A stretch of DNA of 20,000 nt, taken from Actinomycetota bacterium. Its GTDB lineage: Bacteria; Actinomycetota; Acidimicrobiia; IMCC26256; VFJJ01. The DNA is taken from NCBI GenBank assembly GCA_009886115.1, contig VFJJ01000001.1, positions 46,808 to 66,807 of the forward strand, in the 5' to 3' direction. Made by a program: the position numbers and the translations under genes. The notes beneath the pieces were generated by a model. The model ran no database searches and was not told where the DNA came from. It saw nothing but the letters and a program-made list of their open reading frames with translations. Shown here one piece after another: positions 1 to 8,273 of this stretch (within the stretch, counting starts at the first letter, position 1; every line of letters begins with the position of its first letter).

Positions 1-615
1 GTCGTGGTTGCCGTCGACTACCGCCTCGCGCCCGAGTTCCCCTTTCCTGCCGGCATCGACGATTGCTACGCGGCGCTGGAATGGACGGTCGCTTCGGCTG
101 TGGAGCTCGGTATCGATCTCGATCGCCTCGTCGTCACCGGGGGGAGTGCCGGGGGTGCGCTCGCCGCGGCCCTGTGCCTCATGGCTCGCGATCGCTCGGG
201 GCCTCGGATCGCCGCCCAGGTGCTCATGATCCCCGTGCTCGACGATCGCCTCGATACGCCCTCGATGCGCCAGTACGAGCAGAGCATCGGGTTCAACGGC
301 ACCGCAGCCGAGGGGATGTGGTTGCACTACCTGGGCGACGATCGTGACCTGGCCGCCACCTCGCCCTACGCGGCGCCGGCCCGGGCCGAGAGCCTGGCCG
401 GGCTGCCGCCGGCCGTGGTGATCACGCACGGGCTCGACCCCCTTCGGGATGAGGGCATCCACTACGCATTGCGATTGCTGGCCGCGGGCATCGAGGTCGA
501 GCTGCACAACATCCCGGGCGCCTATCACGGCGCACCACCCCTCGATCCCGCTGCTGCACAGCGCGGCCAGCACATGTTCATGGCCGCCCTCGGCCAAGCC
601 CTCAACCCTGCCTGA
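1..615 (+). CDS. Alpha/beta hydrolase fold-3 (HSL-family esterase/lipase), 5'-partial
   Basis: Frame open from base 1. Motifs VDYRLAPEFPFPA, GGSAGG nucleophile elbow, DPLRDEG (Asp) and GAYHG (His). Confidence 0.93.
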   Translation, partial: VVVAVDYRLAPEFPFPAGIDDCYAALEWTVASAVELGIDLDRLVVTGGSAGGALAAALCLMARDRSGPRIAAQVLMIPVLDDRLDTPSMRQYEQSIGFNGTAAEGMWLHYLGDDRDLAATSPYAAPARAESLAGLPPAVVITHGLDPLRDEGIHYALRLLAAGIEVELHNIPGAYHGAPPLDPAAAQRGQHMFMAALGQALNPA

Positions 616-687
616 TGTTCCTGGCTTGGGGCTGTCGAAGGCGACATCGGTGAGGCGACTCAGACGCGCTCATGGGAGGATCGACTC

Positions 688-1194
688 GTGAACGCCGAAC
701 GTTCCAGTTCCGAGCTCCGTCGTGCTCCGGCTCTCGACGTCGTCGAATGGTTCAACACGCCGGTGCCCATCAGCATTGACGAGCTGCGCGGGCGCGTCGT
801 CGTCCTGCACGCGTTCCAGATGCTGTGCCCGGGATGCGTGCTGTCGGGAACCCCGCTCGCCCAACGCATCCACGACCGACTCGCCGGACCCGACCTCGTG
901 GTGATCGCCGTGCACACCGTCTTCGAGCACCACGAGGCGATGACGCCGGTCTCGTTGGCGGCGCACCTCCACGAGTTCCGGATCACCATGCCGGTAGCCG
1001 TCGACCGCCATCCTGAGCCCGGTGGCGCGCCCGCCACGATGACCGCGTACGCCATGCGCGGCACGCCCACGTTGGTTGTGGTCGATCGCGCCGGGCGCAT
1101 CCGTCACCACCTCTTCGGCGCCGTCGATGAGCTGGAGCTCGGCGTGGCCCTGGGTCGGCTGCTCGCGGAGCCGGCGCCGACCGATCAGTCCTGA
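688..1194 (+). CDS. Redoxin/TlpA-like thioredoxin-fold protein
   Basis: LRGRVVVLHAFQMLCPGC (CxxC) and GTPTLVVVDRAGRIR (cis-Pro motif). GGGAGGA RBS at 674-680 before the GTG. Confidence 0.88.
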   Translation: MNAERSSSELRRAPALDVVEWFNTPVPISIDELRGRVVVLHAFQMLCPGCVLSGTPLAQRIHDRLAGPDLVVIAVHTVFEHHEAMTPVSLAAHLHEFRITMPVAVDRHPEPGGAPATMTAYAMRGTPTLVVVDRAGRIRHHLFGAVDELELGVALGRLLAEPAPTDQS

Positions 1195-1232
1195 GCCGTC
1201 GCCAGGCTGCCTGCGGCGCACGTCCCGGTCCC

Positions 1233-1270
1233 GGGTTGTGGGTTGTGGGTTGCGGGTTGTGGGTTGCGGG
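1233..1270 (+). repeat. 7-bp tandem repeat (GGGTTGY)x5 + GGG; G-quadruplex-type motif
   Basis: Units GGGTTGT, GGGTTGT, GGGTTGC, GGGTTGT, GGGTTGC at 1233, 1240, 1247, 1254, 1261, then GGG at 1268-1270. Confidence 0.92.
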
Positions 1271-1367
1271 TGGACCGGAAGCGCTGCAGCGCGCAGCTGA
1301 CTCGGTGTCGAACCTCGGCGACGTCTCCGGTACCGTCGGGATGTCCACTGACGACAAGGACGGGCGC

Positions 1368-3539
1368 ATGCCGATCGCAATCACCGACGAGCATCGGGAG
1401 ATGGCCGATGTCGTGCGGGCGTTGTTCGAGACCCGGTATCAGGCCGAAGCGCGCCGGGCCGTCGATGGCGAGATGGCCCTCCCAGGCTCGTGGGGCGAAG
1501 TGGCGGGGCTGGGCTGGCTGGGCCTGCACCTGCCGGAGCGCCACGGCGGCTCGGGCTATGGCCTGTTCGAGCTCGCGGTCGTGGTCGCCGAACTGGGCCG
1601 CCATTGTGCGCCGGGTCCGTTCCTCCCGACCGTGGTGCTCTCAGCCGTGGTTGGCAGGTTCGGCTCCGAGGCGCTCCAGGCCGAGCTGCTCCCCGGGCTG
1701 GCCGACGGGTCGCGAGCAGGTGGTCTGGGACTGTGGGGCGCGGCGTCGATCGTCGATGGCGTGCTGGGCGGATCGGCCGGGCCGGTGCTCGGGGCCGATC
1801 TATCTTCGACGGTCCTTTTGGCTGTGGGCGACGATCTCGTCGTCGTCGACACCCCGAACTCGGGGGTGACCGTCGGCGACCGGGAGAGCATCGACCTCAC
1901 CCGTCCGTGTCCGCCGGTCGCGCTGACGGGGGTGGCTGTGGCCGACGCTCGGGTGCTCACCGGAGCGGCGGCATGGGCACGGGATCTGTTTCGGGTGCTC
2001 GCCGCGGCCGAGGCCGCTGGGGGTGCACACGCCTGCGTCGCCATGGCGAGCGGCTACGCCATCGACCGCACGGCGTTCGGTCGCCCGATCGGTCAGTTCC
2101 AAGCGGTCAAGCACCACTGCGCCAACATGCTCGTGGCCGCCGAGATGGCCACGGCGGCCGCCTGGGATGGCGCCCGAGCCGCCGACAGCGCGCAGGCCGG
2201 CGCGGCCGATGGTCCCACGGCCGACGAGCTCCCGCTGGCGGCGGCGGTGGCAGCCAGCGTGGCGCTGAACGCGTACTCGGAGTGCGCCAAGCTCAACGTC
2301 CAGGTGCACGGCGGCATCGGTTACACGTGGGAGCACGACGCCCACCTCCATCTGCGGCGGGCGACGGCCCTGGCCGCCTTGGCCGGACCGGTGGCTGCCG
2401 CCCGTCAACAGGTCGCGGATCTCGTCGCCGGGGGAGCGCGGCGCACGCTGGCGGTCGACCTTCCCCCCGAGGCCGAGCCGATGCGAGCCGAGGTGCGAGC
2501 CTTCGCTGAGCGCTTCAACGCCCTCGGTCCGGCCGAAGGCTCTCGCCTCCTGGTCGAGGAGGGCTACCTGTTCCCGCATTGGCCTCGGCCGTGGGGGAGG
2601 GGTGCAGGCCCGGTCGAGCAACTCGTGATCGACGAGGGGCTGGCGGGCATCGACCGGATGGCCGGGTTCCCGATCACCTCGTGGACCTGGCCGATCGTGC
2701 TGCCCACCATCATCCGGCATGGCACCGAAAGCCAGCGCGAGCGGTGGATCGGCCCCACCTTCGACGCGGCGGTGACGTGGTGCCAGCTCTTCAGCGAGCC
2801 CGGGGCGGGCAGCGACCTGGCTGCGCTGGCGACCAGGGCCGTCCGCACCGACGGGGGCTGGCTCGTCACGGGGGCCAAGGTCTGGACCAGCACGGCCCAG
2901 TTCGCCAATCTGGGTTTCGCCTTGGTGCGCACCGATCCCGCGGCGTCGGCGCATCACGGCATCACGTGCATGGCCATCGACATGACGGCGCCAGGGATGA
3001 CCGTCATACCGCTGCGGGAGATGACCGGTGGCGAGATGTTCAGCCAGGAGTTCCTCGACGAGGTGTTCGTCCCCGACGAGAACGTCATCGGCGAGGTGAA
3101 CAAGGGGTGGGCCGTCGCCCGCACGACCTTGGGAAACGAACGTGTCTCGCTCGGTTCAGCCACGGAGCACGAGATCCTGACCGACTTCGCGGGCGCGCTC
3201 GACCTGAACGATTCGTCCCTCGCCGTCGACCTCGGAGCTCTGCTCGCCGAGTCGTTCGCACTGCAAGCATTGAATCTGCGTCAGGCCACCCGTGCGGTCG
3301 GCGGGGGCGAACCGGGTGCTGAGGGCAACATCACCAAGCTGGTGCACGCCGAGCATGTGCAGCGGATCGCCGACTTCACCGTTCGGGCCGTGGGGTCCGA
3401 GGCCCTCTACGCCGACGGTCCCGGGAGCCGGATCCTGACCGCTCGAGCCGGCACCATCGCCGGCGGCACGTCGGAGATCGTGCGCAACACCATCGCCGAA
3501 CGCCTCCTCGGGCTGCCACGCGATCCCCGCCCGCGCTGA
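1368..3539 (+). CDS. Fused two-module acyl-CoA dehydrogenase (FadE22/FadE6/FadE34-like)
   Basis: Start MPIAITDEHRE with AAGGA RBS at 1356-1360. N-module: RTAFGRPIGQFQAVKH, QVHGGIGYTWEH. C-module: CQLFSEPGAGSDLA, GAKVWTS, TLGNER, TIAGGTSEIVRN. Confidence 0.92.
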   Translation: MPIAITDEHREMADVVRALFETRYQAEARRAVDGEMALPGSWGEVAGLGWLGLHLPERHGGSGYGLFELAVVVAELGRHCAPGPFLPTVVLSAVVGRFGSEALQAELLPGLADGSRAGGLGLWGAASIVDGVLGGSAGPVLGADLSSTVLLAVGDDLVVVDTPNSGVTVGDRESIDLTRPCPPVALTGVAVADARVLTGAAAWARDLFRVLAAAEAAGGAHACVAMASGYAIDRTAFGRPIGQFQAVKHHCANMLVAAEMATAAAWDGARAADSAQAGAADGPTADELPLAAAVAASVALNAYSECAKLNVQVHGGIGYTWEHDAHLHLRRATALAALAGPVAAARQQVADLVAGGARRTLAVDLPPEAEPMRAEVRAFAERFNALGPAEGSRLLVEEGYLFPHWPRPWGRGAGPVEQLVIDEGLAGIDRMAGFPITSWTWPIVLPTIIRHGTESQRERWIGPTFDAAVTWCQLFSEPGAGSDLAALATRAVRTDGGWLVTGAKVWTSTAQFANLGFALVRTDPAASAHHGITCMAIDMTAPGMTVIPLREMTGGEMFSQEFLDEVFVPDENVIGEVNKGWAVARTTLGNERVSLGSATEHEILTDFAGALDLNDSSLAVDLGALLAESFALQALNLRQATRAVGGGEPGAEGNITKLVHAEHVQRIADFTVRAVGSEALYADGPGSRILTARAGTIAGGTSEIVRNTIAERLLGLPRDPRPR

Positions 3540-3566
3540 GATCGGCCCCGGTTGGTCGGTCGATCC

Positions 3567-3595
3567 TTTACGGATAGTGCGCCGTCCGGCAGAAT
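3567..3595 (+). promoter_or_regulatory. Candidate sigma70-type promoter for the phosphotransferase
   Basis: TTTACG (3567-3572), 17-bp spacer, CAGAAT (3590-3595). GGAGG RBS just before ATG 3647. Confidence 0.4.
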
Positions 3596-3612
3596 CACCA
3601 CACGCGGCGCAA

Positions 3613-3628
3613 CTGACAGTTATGTCAA
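3613..3628. promoter_or_regulatory. Palindromic operator candidate YTGAC-N6-GTCAR, copy 1
   Basis: CTGACAGTTATGTCAA, between the putative -10 and the RBS. Confidence 0.65.
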
Positions 3629-3646
3629 CTCATCCGGAGGCGCATC

Positions 3647-5001
3647 ATGGCAACAGATATCGCGGTCGACGGCGAGACGCAGAAGGTCGTCGACTGGCTC
3701 ACGGACAACGTCGGCGGGAAGGTCGTCTCCATCGCCCGGCAGCCGCGGTGGCGCCCGCAGTGGATCGCCGATGTTGAACGAGACGGCGAGACCCTGCCCC
3801 TCATGGTGCGGGGCGAGCGCTACGACATGGAGCTGACCTGGTCGCTCGAGCACGAGATGAACTTCCAAAAGACGATGGGGGACATCGGCGTCGCCGTACC
3901 CCACGTGTGGGTTGGATCGACAACCCGACCGCGTTCGTCATGGACCGGGTACCCGGCCAATCCGACTTCAAGAACACCTCCGACGTCGATCGTGATCGTG
4001 TGGTCGACGAGTATCTCCAGCAGCTCGCCATCTTGCATACGCACGACGTGACCCCGTTCGTCGAGGCCGGGATCGACCGGGCCGCACGCCCGGAAGATTC
4101 CGCGATGCTCAGCATCGAACGCATGAACACCATGTTCCGCAAGCAGAAGGTGGGCCACGACCCGCTGATCGAGTTCTTCCTCGGCTGGATGAATCGGCAC
4201 GAGCCGCAGAGCCACGGTCGAGAGAGCGCCGTCGTGTGGGACTCGGGGCAGCTCATGCACCACGACGGGCACATCGTTGCCGTGATCGACGTCGAGCTCG
4301 GCCACATCGGCGATCCGATGGTCGATCTCGCCGGGTGGCGCATGCGCGACAGCATCGTGCCGTTCGGCCATTTCCCCTCGATCTACGCCCGCTACGGCGA
4401 GCTGGTCGGCCAGCCCGTCGACATCGAGGCCATCGAGCTCCACCACATCTACTTCACGCTGTCGAACCAGCTCGGTTTCTCGCACGCGCGGCTGAACCCG
4501 CCCGAGAACACCGACCTGGCCACCAACATGCAGTGGTGCAACGAGACCAACCTCTACGCGACCGAGGCGTTGGCCGAGCATCTCGACATCGAGCTCCCGA
4601 CGATCGAGCTCCCGAGCGAAGAGGACACGCGAGCCGGCGCCGCTTTCGAGTATCTCGTGCGCACGCTCTCCACCTTGCAGGTCGACGACGAGTACGCCCG
4701 CTACAAGCTGCGGGGGGCGTTCCGCATCGCCCGGCACGTCCACCGCCACGACCAGATCGGGCGCGACCTCGAGAACGCCAACCTCGATGATCTCCATCAG
4801 CTCCTGGGCAAGCGCCCCGACGGATGGCGTGAAGGCGACCGGCTCCTCGAGGAGTGGGTGCTGGCCAACAACGGCGACGGCCGACACGACGGGACTCTCT
4901 GCGTGTTGTTCCACAAGCGCAACCTGCGGGCCCAGATGCTCAACGGCCCCTTGGGCTCGGCCATGGCCCGCCACATCCCCATCCAGTCGTTTCGCGCCTG
5001 A
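3647..5001 (+). CDS. APH/choline-kinase-like phosphotransferase family protein, split by a 1-bp frameshift at ~3909-3911
   Basis: ORF 3647 (RQPRWRPQWIADVERDGETLPLMVRGER...VPHVW) joins ORF 3907 (GWIDNPTAFVMDRVPG...VVWDSGQLM...IDVELGHIGDPMVDLAGWRMRD) if one G is added to the GGG run. Confidence 0.82.
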
Positions 5002-5021
5002 CCCGACCCGCGCCTGACCCG

Positions 5022-5072
5022 CGTTCTTTGTGTCCAGGGTCACGCCCAGAGCGGTCGTGGACACAAAGAACG
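5022..5072. terminator. 15-bp perfect inverted repeat between convergent genes (bidirectional terminator or REP-like element)
   Basis: CGTTCTTTGTGTCCA (5022-5036) / TGGACACAAAGAACG (5058-5072), 21-nt spacer. Confidence 0.7.
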
Positions 5073-5079
5073 AGGTATT

Positions 5080-6216
5080 TCAGGTGCTGGTGAGCAGCAT
5101 GGCTCCGGCGAAGGGGCCGACGGCGTTGGCCCAGACGGCCACCTCGGCGCCGGGAACCTGACGATCGCCGCACTGCCCGCGCAGCTGGCGAGTGGCCTCG
5201 ATGCAGAAGTTGGCGCCGTGGCGGCGGCCGACATTGCACGCGCCACCATCGGTGTTGACGGGCAGGCTGCCACCCAGGCGGGTGTGGCCCTCGGCGATGA
5301 ACGGCCCGGCTGCACCGGGCTCGCAGAGTCCCAGCGCTTCGAGCCACTGGAAGGTGATGACGCTGAAACCGTCGTAGAGCTGCGCCGTGTCCACGTCGCT
5401 CGGCCGAAGGTCTGTGCGCGACCAGAGCTGCTCGGCACAGTGCACCGGCGCGGTGTGCGACATGTCGGCCATGACCTCGAAGTTCATGTCGTGCACCGCC
5501 GAGAGCGCCATGGCGTCGACGAGCACGGCAGGCTGGCGGAGGTCGCGGGCGCGCTCCTCGGTCGTGAAGATGACAGCCGATCCGGAGTCGCACGGGTAGT
5601 CGCAGTCGAGCAGGCGCAGCGGCTTGCTGATGTACGGCGCCGCGAGATACTCGGCTGCTGAGAGGGGTGTGCGCTGCAGTGCGTTTTCGTTGCGTGTGGC
5701 GTGCTCGCGTTGGATCGACGCGAACTCGGCGAAGTGCTCCTCGGTGGCGTCGGAATCGTACAGATAGCGGTTCATCATGAGACCGGCCCACTGGGTGGGG
5801 CTGAAGTTCCCGAAGGGATACAGGAACTGGGTGTCCTCGGAGCTGGTCGCTCCGAGCATCGCCTCTCCGGACGCGAGGGTCGCGCTCGACGGCTGCTGCA
5901 TCATGATGCGAAACGCGATGCAGGTATCGCTCTGACCCGTTGCCACCGCCATGGCAGCGTGAATGGCCGGCGTGACGAACGCGGGCGAGACACCGACGTT
6001 CAGGTGCCAGCGCAAGGGGTTCATCCCGAGCATGTACGCGAAGTCGATGGCGTCGCCGCCCCAGGTGGTGGAGCCGTCGATGTCGGCGGCCGTCAAACCG
6101 GCGTCGTCGAGCGCGGCGATAGCGGCCTGGGCGGCGTGGTGGCGTTCACTCAAGCCGGTGTGCCGGCCGACGCGCGAGTAACCGACCCCGACGATGGCCA
6201 CGCGCCGGGACTTCAT
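5080..6216 (-). CDS. Thiolase-superfamily protein (SCP-x/Ltp2-like)
   Basis: VAIVGVGYS, PLRLLDCDYPCDSGSAV, AQLYDGFS, PVNTDGG...HG, EATRQLRGQCGDRQVPGA. Start overlaps the stop of the upstream DUF35 gene (ATGA). Confidence 0.9.
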   Translation of the reverse strand: MKSRRVAIVGVGYSRVGRHTGLSERHHAAQAAIAALDDAGLTAADIDGSTTWGGDAIDFAYMLGMNPLRWHLNVGVSPAFVTPAIHAAMAVATGQSDTCIAFRIMMQQPSSATLASGEAMLGATSSEDTQFLYPFGNFSPTQWAGLMMNRYLYDSDATEEHFAEFASIQREHATRNENALQRTPLSAAEYLAAPYISKPLRLLDCDYPCDSGSAVIFTTEERARDLRQPAVLVDAMALSAVHDMNFEVMADMSHTAPVHCAEQLWSRTDLRPSDVDTAQLYDGFSVITFQWLEALGLCEPGAAGPFIAEGHTRLGGSLPVNTDGGACNVGRRHGANFCIEATRQLRGQCGDRQVPGAEVAVWANAVGPFAGAMLLTST

Positions 6217-6650
6217 CGTGAGGCTCCGATCGAGCTTGCGGCTGTGAACACCGGGATCGTCAGCTCGGGCGAGAGGGCCTCGAACGTCACGACGAGATCC
6301 ATACCGGTGTGCAGATCGGCCTCGGCGACATCGACGACGTTCGTCATGAGCATCAGGCCCGCCTGCTCCGCGAGCTCGACTGTGGCGACGACATAGGGGA
6401 GTCGTGACACGAAGAACGGGTGGAACGCCTTCATGGTGACGGTGTGGGCGTACAGCGTCGCCCGTCCCGACACCACCTCACCGCGGAGGTCGAACGAGTG
6501 ACAGCGGCGACAGACCGGGCGGGGAAGGTGGATGAACGTCCCGCAGGCCTGACAACGCTGAATCCTCAGCTCGCCGGCTGCGGCTCCCTCCCAGAAGAAC
6601 GCCGTCAACGGGCTCGGGACCACAGCGGGAGGTGACGGGTGGTCGGTCAT
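6213..6650 (-). CDS. Zn-ribbon/OB-fold DUF35 protein (ChsH2 C-terminal-like)
   Basis: FWEGAAAGELRIQRCQACG...PRPVCRRCHS (two CxxC) and PYVVATVEL. GAGGAG RBS before ATG 6650. Confidence 0.92.
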   Translation of the reverse strand: MTDHPSPPAVVPSPLTAFFWEGAAAGELRIQRCQACGTFIHLPRPVCRRCHSFDLRGEVVSGRATLYAHTVTMKAFHPFFVSRLPYVVATVELAEQAGLMLMTNVVDVAEADLHTGMDLVVTFEALSPELTIPVFTAASSIGASR

Positions 6651-6704
6651 CGATCTCCTCAGGGGTACGAGCTGGCCCGGCGCGGCACCGTACGCGCCCG
6701 AGCA

Positions 6705-6729
6705 GCACCGTGTCGCACCGTGTCGCACC
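6705..6729 (+). repeat. 10-bp tandem repeat (GCACCGTGTC)x2.5 in a divergent intergenic region
   Basis: GCACCGTGTC at 6705 and 6715, GCACC at 6725; partial GCACCGT at 6685. Confidence 0.7.
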
Positions 6730-6790
6730 CGAGCGGATCGGGGGGGCGTTCCATGCGCGTTCAGGCGATGCCAGCGCTAGCGTCCGCCTC

Positions 6791-7405
6791 ATGGCTGAGC
6801 CGCTGTGTGATCCGACAGCTACCGCGGTGTTGTTCGTCGAGTGTCAAAAGGGCCTCCTCGGCGACATCAGCATCATGAAAACGATTCGCGACTCGGCAGC
6901 GCCAGTCATCCCAGCCTTGGGGCGCTTGGCTCGGGGCTCGCGTGAGGCCGGTGCGTGGGTTGCGCATCTCACCTATTTCCCCTTGGCCAACAACCGCTCG
7001 ACGAACCGGCGTCCCCCCTTGTTCAGGCGTCTCAACGACGCCATGGACCCCTGGCACAAGGACCATCCGGCCTGCCAGCCGATCGACGAGATCGGTGTCG
7101 AGCCCCGCGACCTCCTCCTGCCGCGCAATACGGGGCTGTCGCCGACGTACGGGACCGAGACGTTCAAGCTGCTGCGCAACATCGGCGTGACGACCATCGT
7201 CATGGCGGGTATCTCCGTCAACGTCGCCATCCCGGTCGCAGCGGTGGAGGCGGTCGACGAGGACTTCGACGTGATCATCCCGTCCGACGCGGTCGCCGGC
7301 GCACCGCCCGAGCACGTGGCCTCGATGCTCAAGCACACCTTGCCGTTCATCGCCACGATGACGACCGTCGATGGCCTGCTCGCCGGGTGGGGCGTCGCGG
7401 GCTGA
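6791..7405 (+). CDS. Isochorismatase/cysteine hydrolase-family protein with substituted triad
   Basis: DPTATAVLFVECQKG, LLRNIGVTTIVMAGISVNVAI, DFDVIIPSDAVAG fit the fold. Start taken as ATG 6791 (weak RBS). Confidence 0.85.
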   Translation: MAEPLCDPTATAVLFVECQKGLLGDISIMKTIRDSAAPVIPALGRLARGSREAGAWVAHLTYFPLANNRSTNRRPPLFRRLNDAMDPWHKDHPACQPIDEIGVEPRDLLLPRNTGLSPTYGTETFKLLRNIGVTTIVMAGISVNVAIPVAAVEAVDEDFDVIIPSDAVAGAPPEHVASMLKHTLPFIATMTTVDGLLAGWGVAG

Positions 7406-7501
7406 CCCCCGCGGCTGGGTGCGGCAGATGTGAGTGTCATCCACGCCGGGCTCGCTCTGCAGCGCTCGATCTGCAGCGCGGTACGCAGCGACGGTGGCGG
7501 C

Positions 7502-8086
7502 TCAGGACCGCTCGCCCACATCCAGCTCACGGATGCTCGCCACCACGGGAACATCGTCGCGTCCGACCCAGGAAGGTCGGGCGGCGTGGCCGGGATCGGG
7601 TCGGGCCCAGTCGACCCACGGGCCCCAGTCGAGCCGCGAGACCTTGTGCCTGTGGTCGGGATCGTGAAGCCGACAGGCCTCGTCGTACTCCTTGGCGAAG
7701 GCCTTCATCTCGGCCTTGATCCACCAGTCCTCTTCGGACGACCACTTCCCGTCGCCGGCGTACTGGATGATCTGAAGCGACGGAAACTCGATGGGAGACC
7801 CGCCCGGCTCGGGGTTGTCGGCCCGATTGAGGATCTTGTACACGATTCGGTCGCCATCGATGTTGTACCAGACCAGGGGGTTGTAGACGTGTGACGAGAA
7901 CGACATCGTGCGCTCGAGGAAGTCCTGGATCTCGCGGGGACCCTGGAACCGACCGTAGTAGTGGTCGTGGTAGATGGCGTCGTCGGTGAAGAGCTGCGAC
8001 CAGGCGATCCAGTTCTCGGTGAGGGGCCCCGTCCAGAAGTAGTGGCGGAACGCATCCTCGACCTCGGCCCGACCGTGCTCGCTCAT
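7502..8086 (-). CDS. NTF2/SnoaL-like protein
   Basis: WIAWSQLFTDDAIYHDHYYGRFQGPREI and IIQYAGDGKWSSEEDWW. AGAGGA RBS before ATG 8086. Confidence 0.85.
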   Translation of the reverse strand: MSEHGRAEVEDAFRHYFWTGPLTENWIAWSQLFTDDAIYHDHYYGRFQGPREIQDFLERTMSFSSHVYNPLVWYNIDGDRIVYKILNRADNPEPGGSPIEFPSLQIIQYAGDGKWSSEEDWWIKAEMKAFAKEYDEACRLHDPDHRHKVSRLDWGPWVDWARPDPGHAARPSWVGRDDVPVVASIRELDVGERS

Positions 8087-8110
8087 CGCTGGTCCTCTCA
8101 CTTCCGAGTC

Positions 8111-8151
8111 GTGTGGGGAGATGCTCATGGGGTGAGCAATTCTGCGCACAC
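8111..8151 (+). repeat. REP-like imperfect palindrome, copy A
   Basis: GTGTGGGGAGATGCTCATGGGGTGAGCAATTCTGCGCACAC; shares TG(C/T)TCATGGGGTGAGC...GCGCACA with the reverse complement of 9092-9146. Confidence 0.65.
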
Positions 8152-8273
8152 AGCGGCGAGGGGTGCCGGATTCGTCGCCGGGTGGTTCGATCGGGGGCGT
8201 CATCGTGCACCCGCGCGACACTGACCAAGCGCGTCGCTGGAGCAGCACGGAGAGGTCATCGGGGTGCACGACC

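Noticed and set aside
1297..1311. CTGACTCGGTGTCGA upstream of the ACAD as a fifth operator copy
   Set aside because: The spacer is 5 nt and the right half-site mismatches; not distinguishable from chance.
1236..1367. N-terminal extension of the 767-aa ACAD ORF (MWVVGCGLWVAG...)
   Set aside because: It is the translation of the heptamer repeat. The family-like N-terminus and RBS point to ATG 1368.
1490..5064. Long overlapping or antisense ORFs (1490-2509, 1800-2957, 3820-5064)
   Set aside because: Arg/Gly/Pro-rich or antisense shadows of well-supported genes, expected in high-GC DNA; no motifs.
1368..6650. Calling the region a canonical cholesterol (KstR) degradation cluster
   Set aside because: The families overlap (FadE34-like, Ltp2/DUF35-like), but I saw no KstR/KstR2 boxes and no kstD/ksh/hsa genes; the substrate cannot be assigned.
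7457..7479. CTGCAGCGC direct repeat or small hairpin between convergent genes
   Set aside because: Short and GC-rich with no U-tract; too weak to call a terminator.
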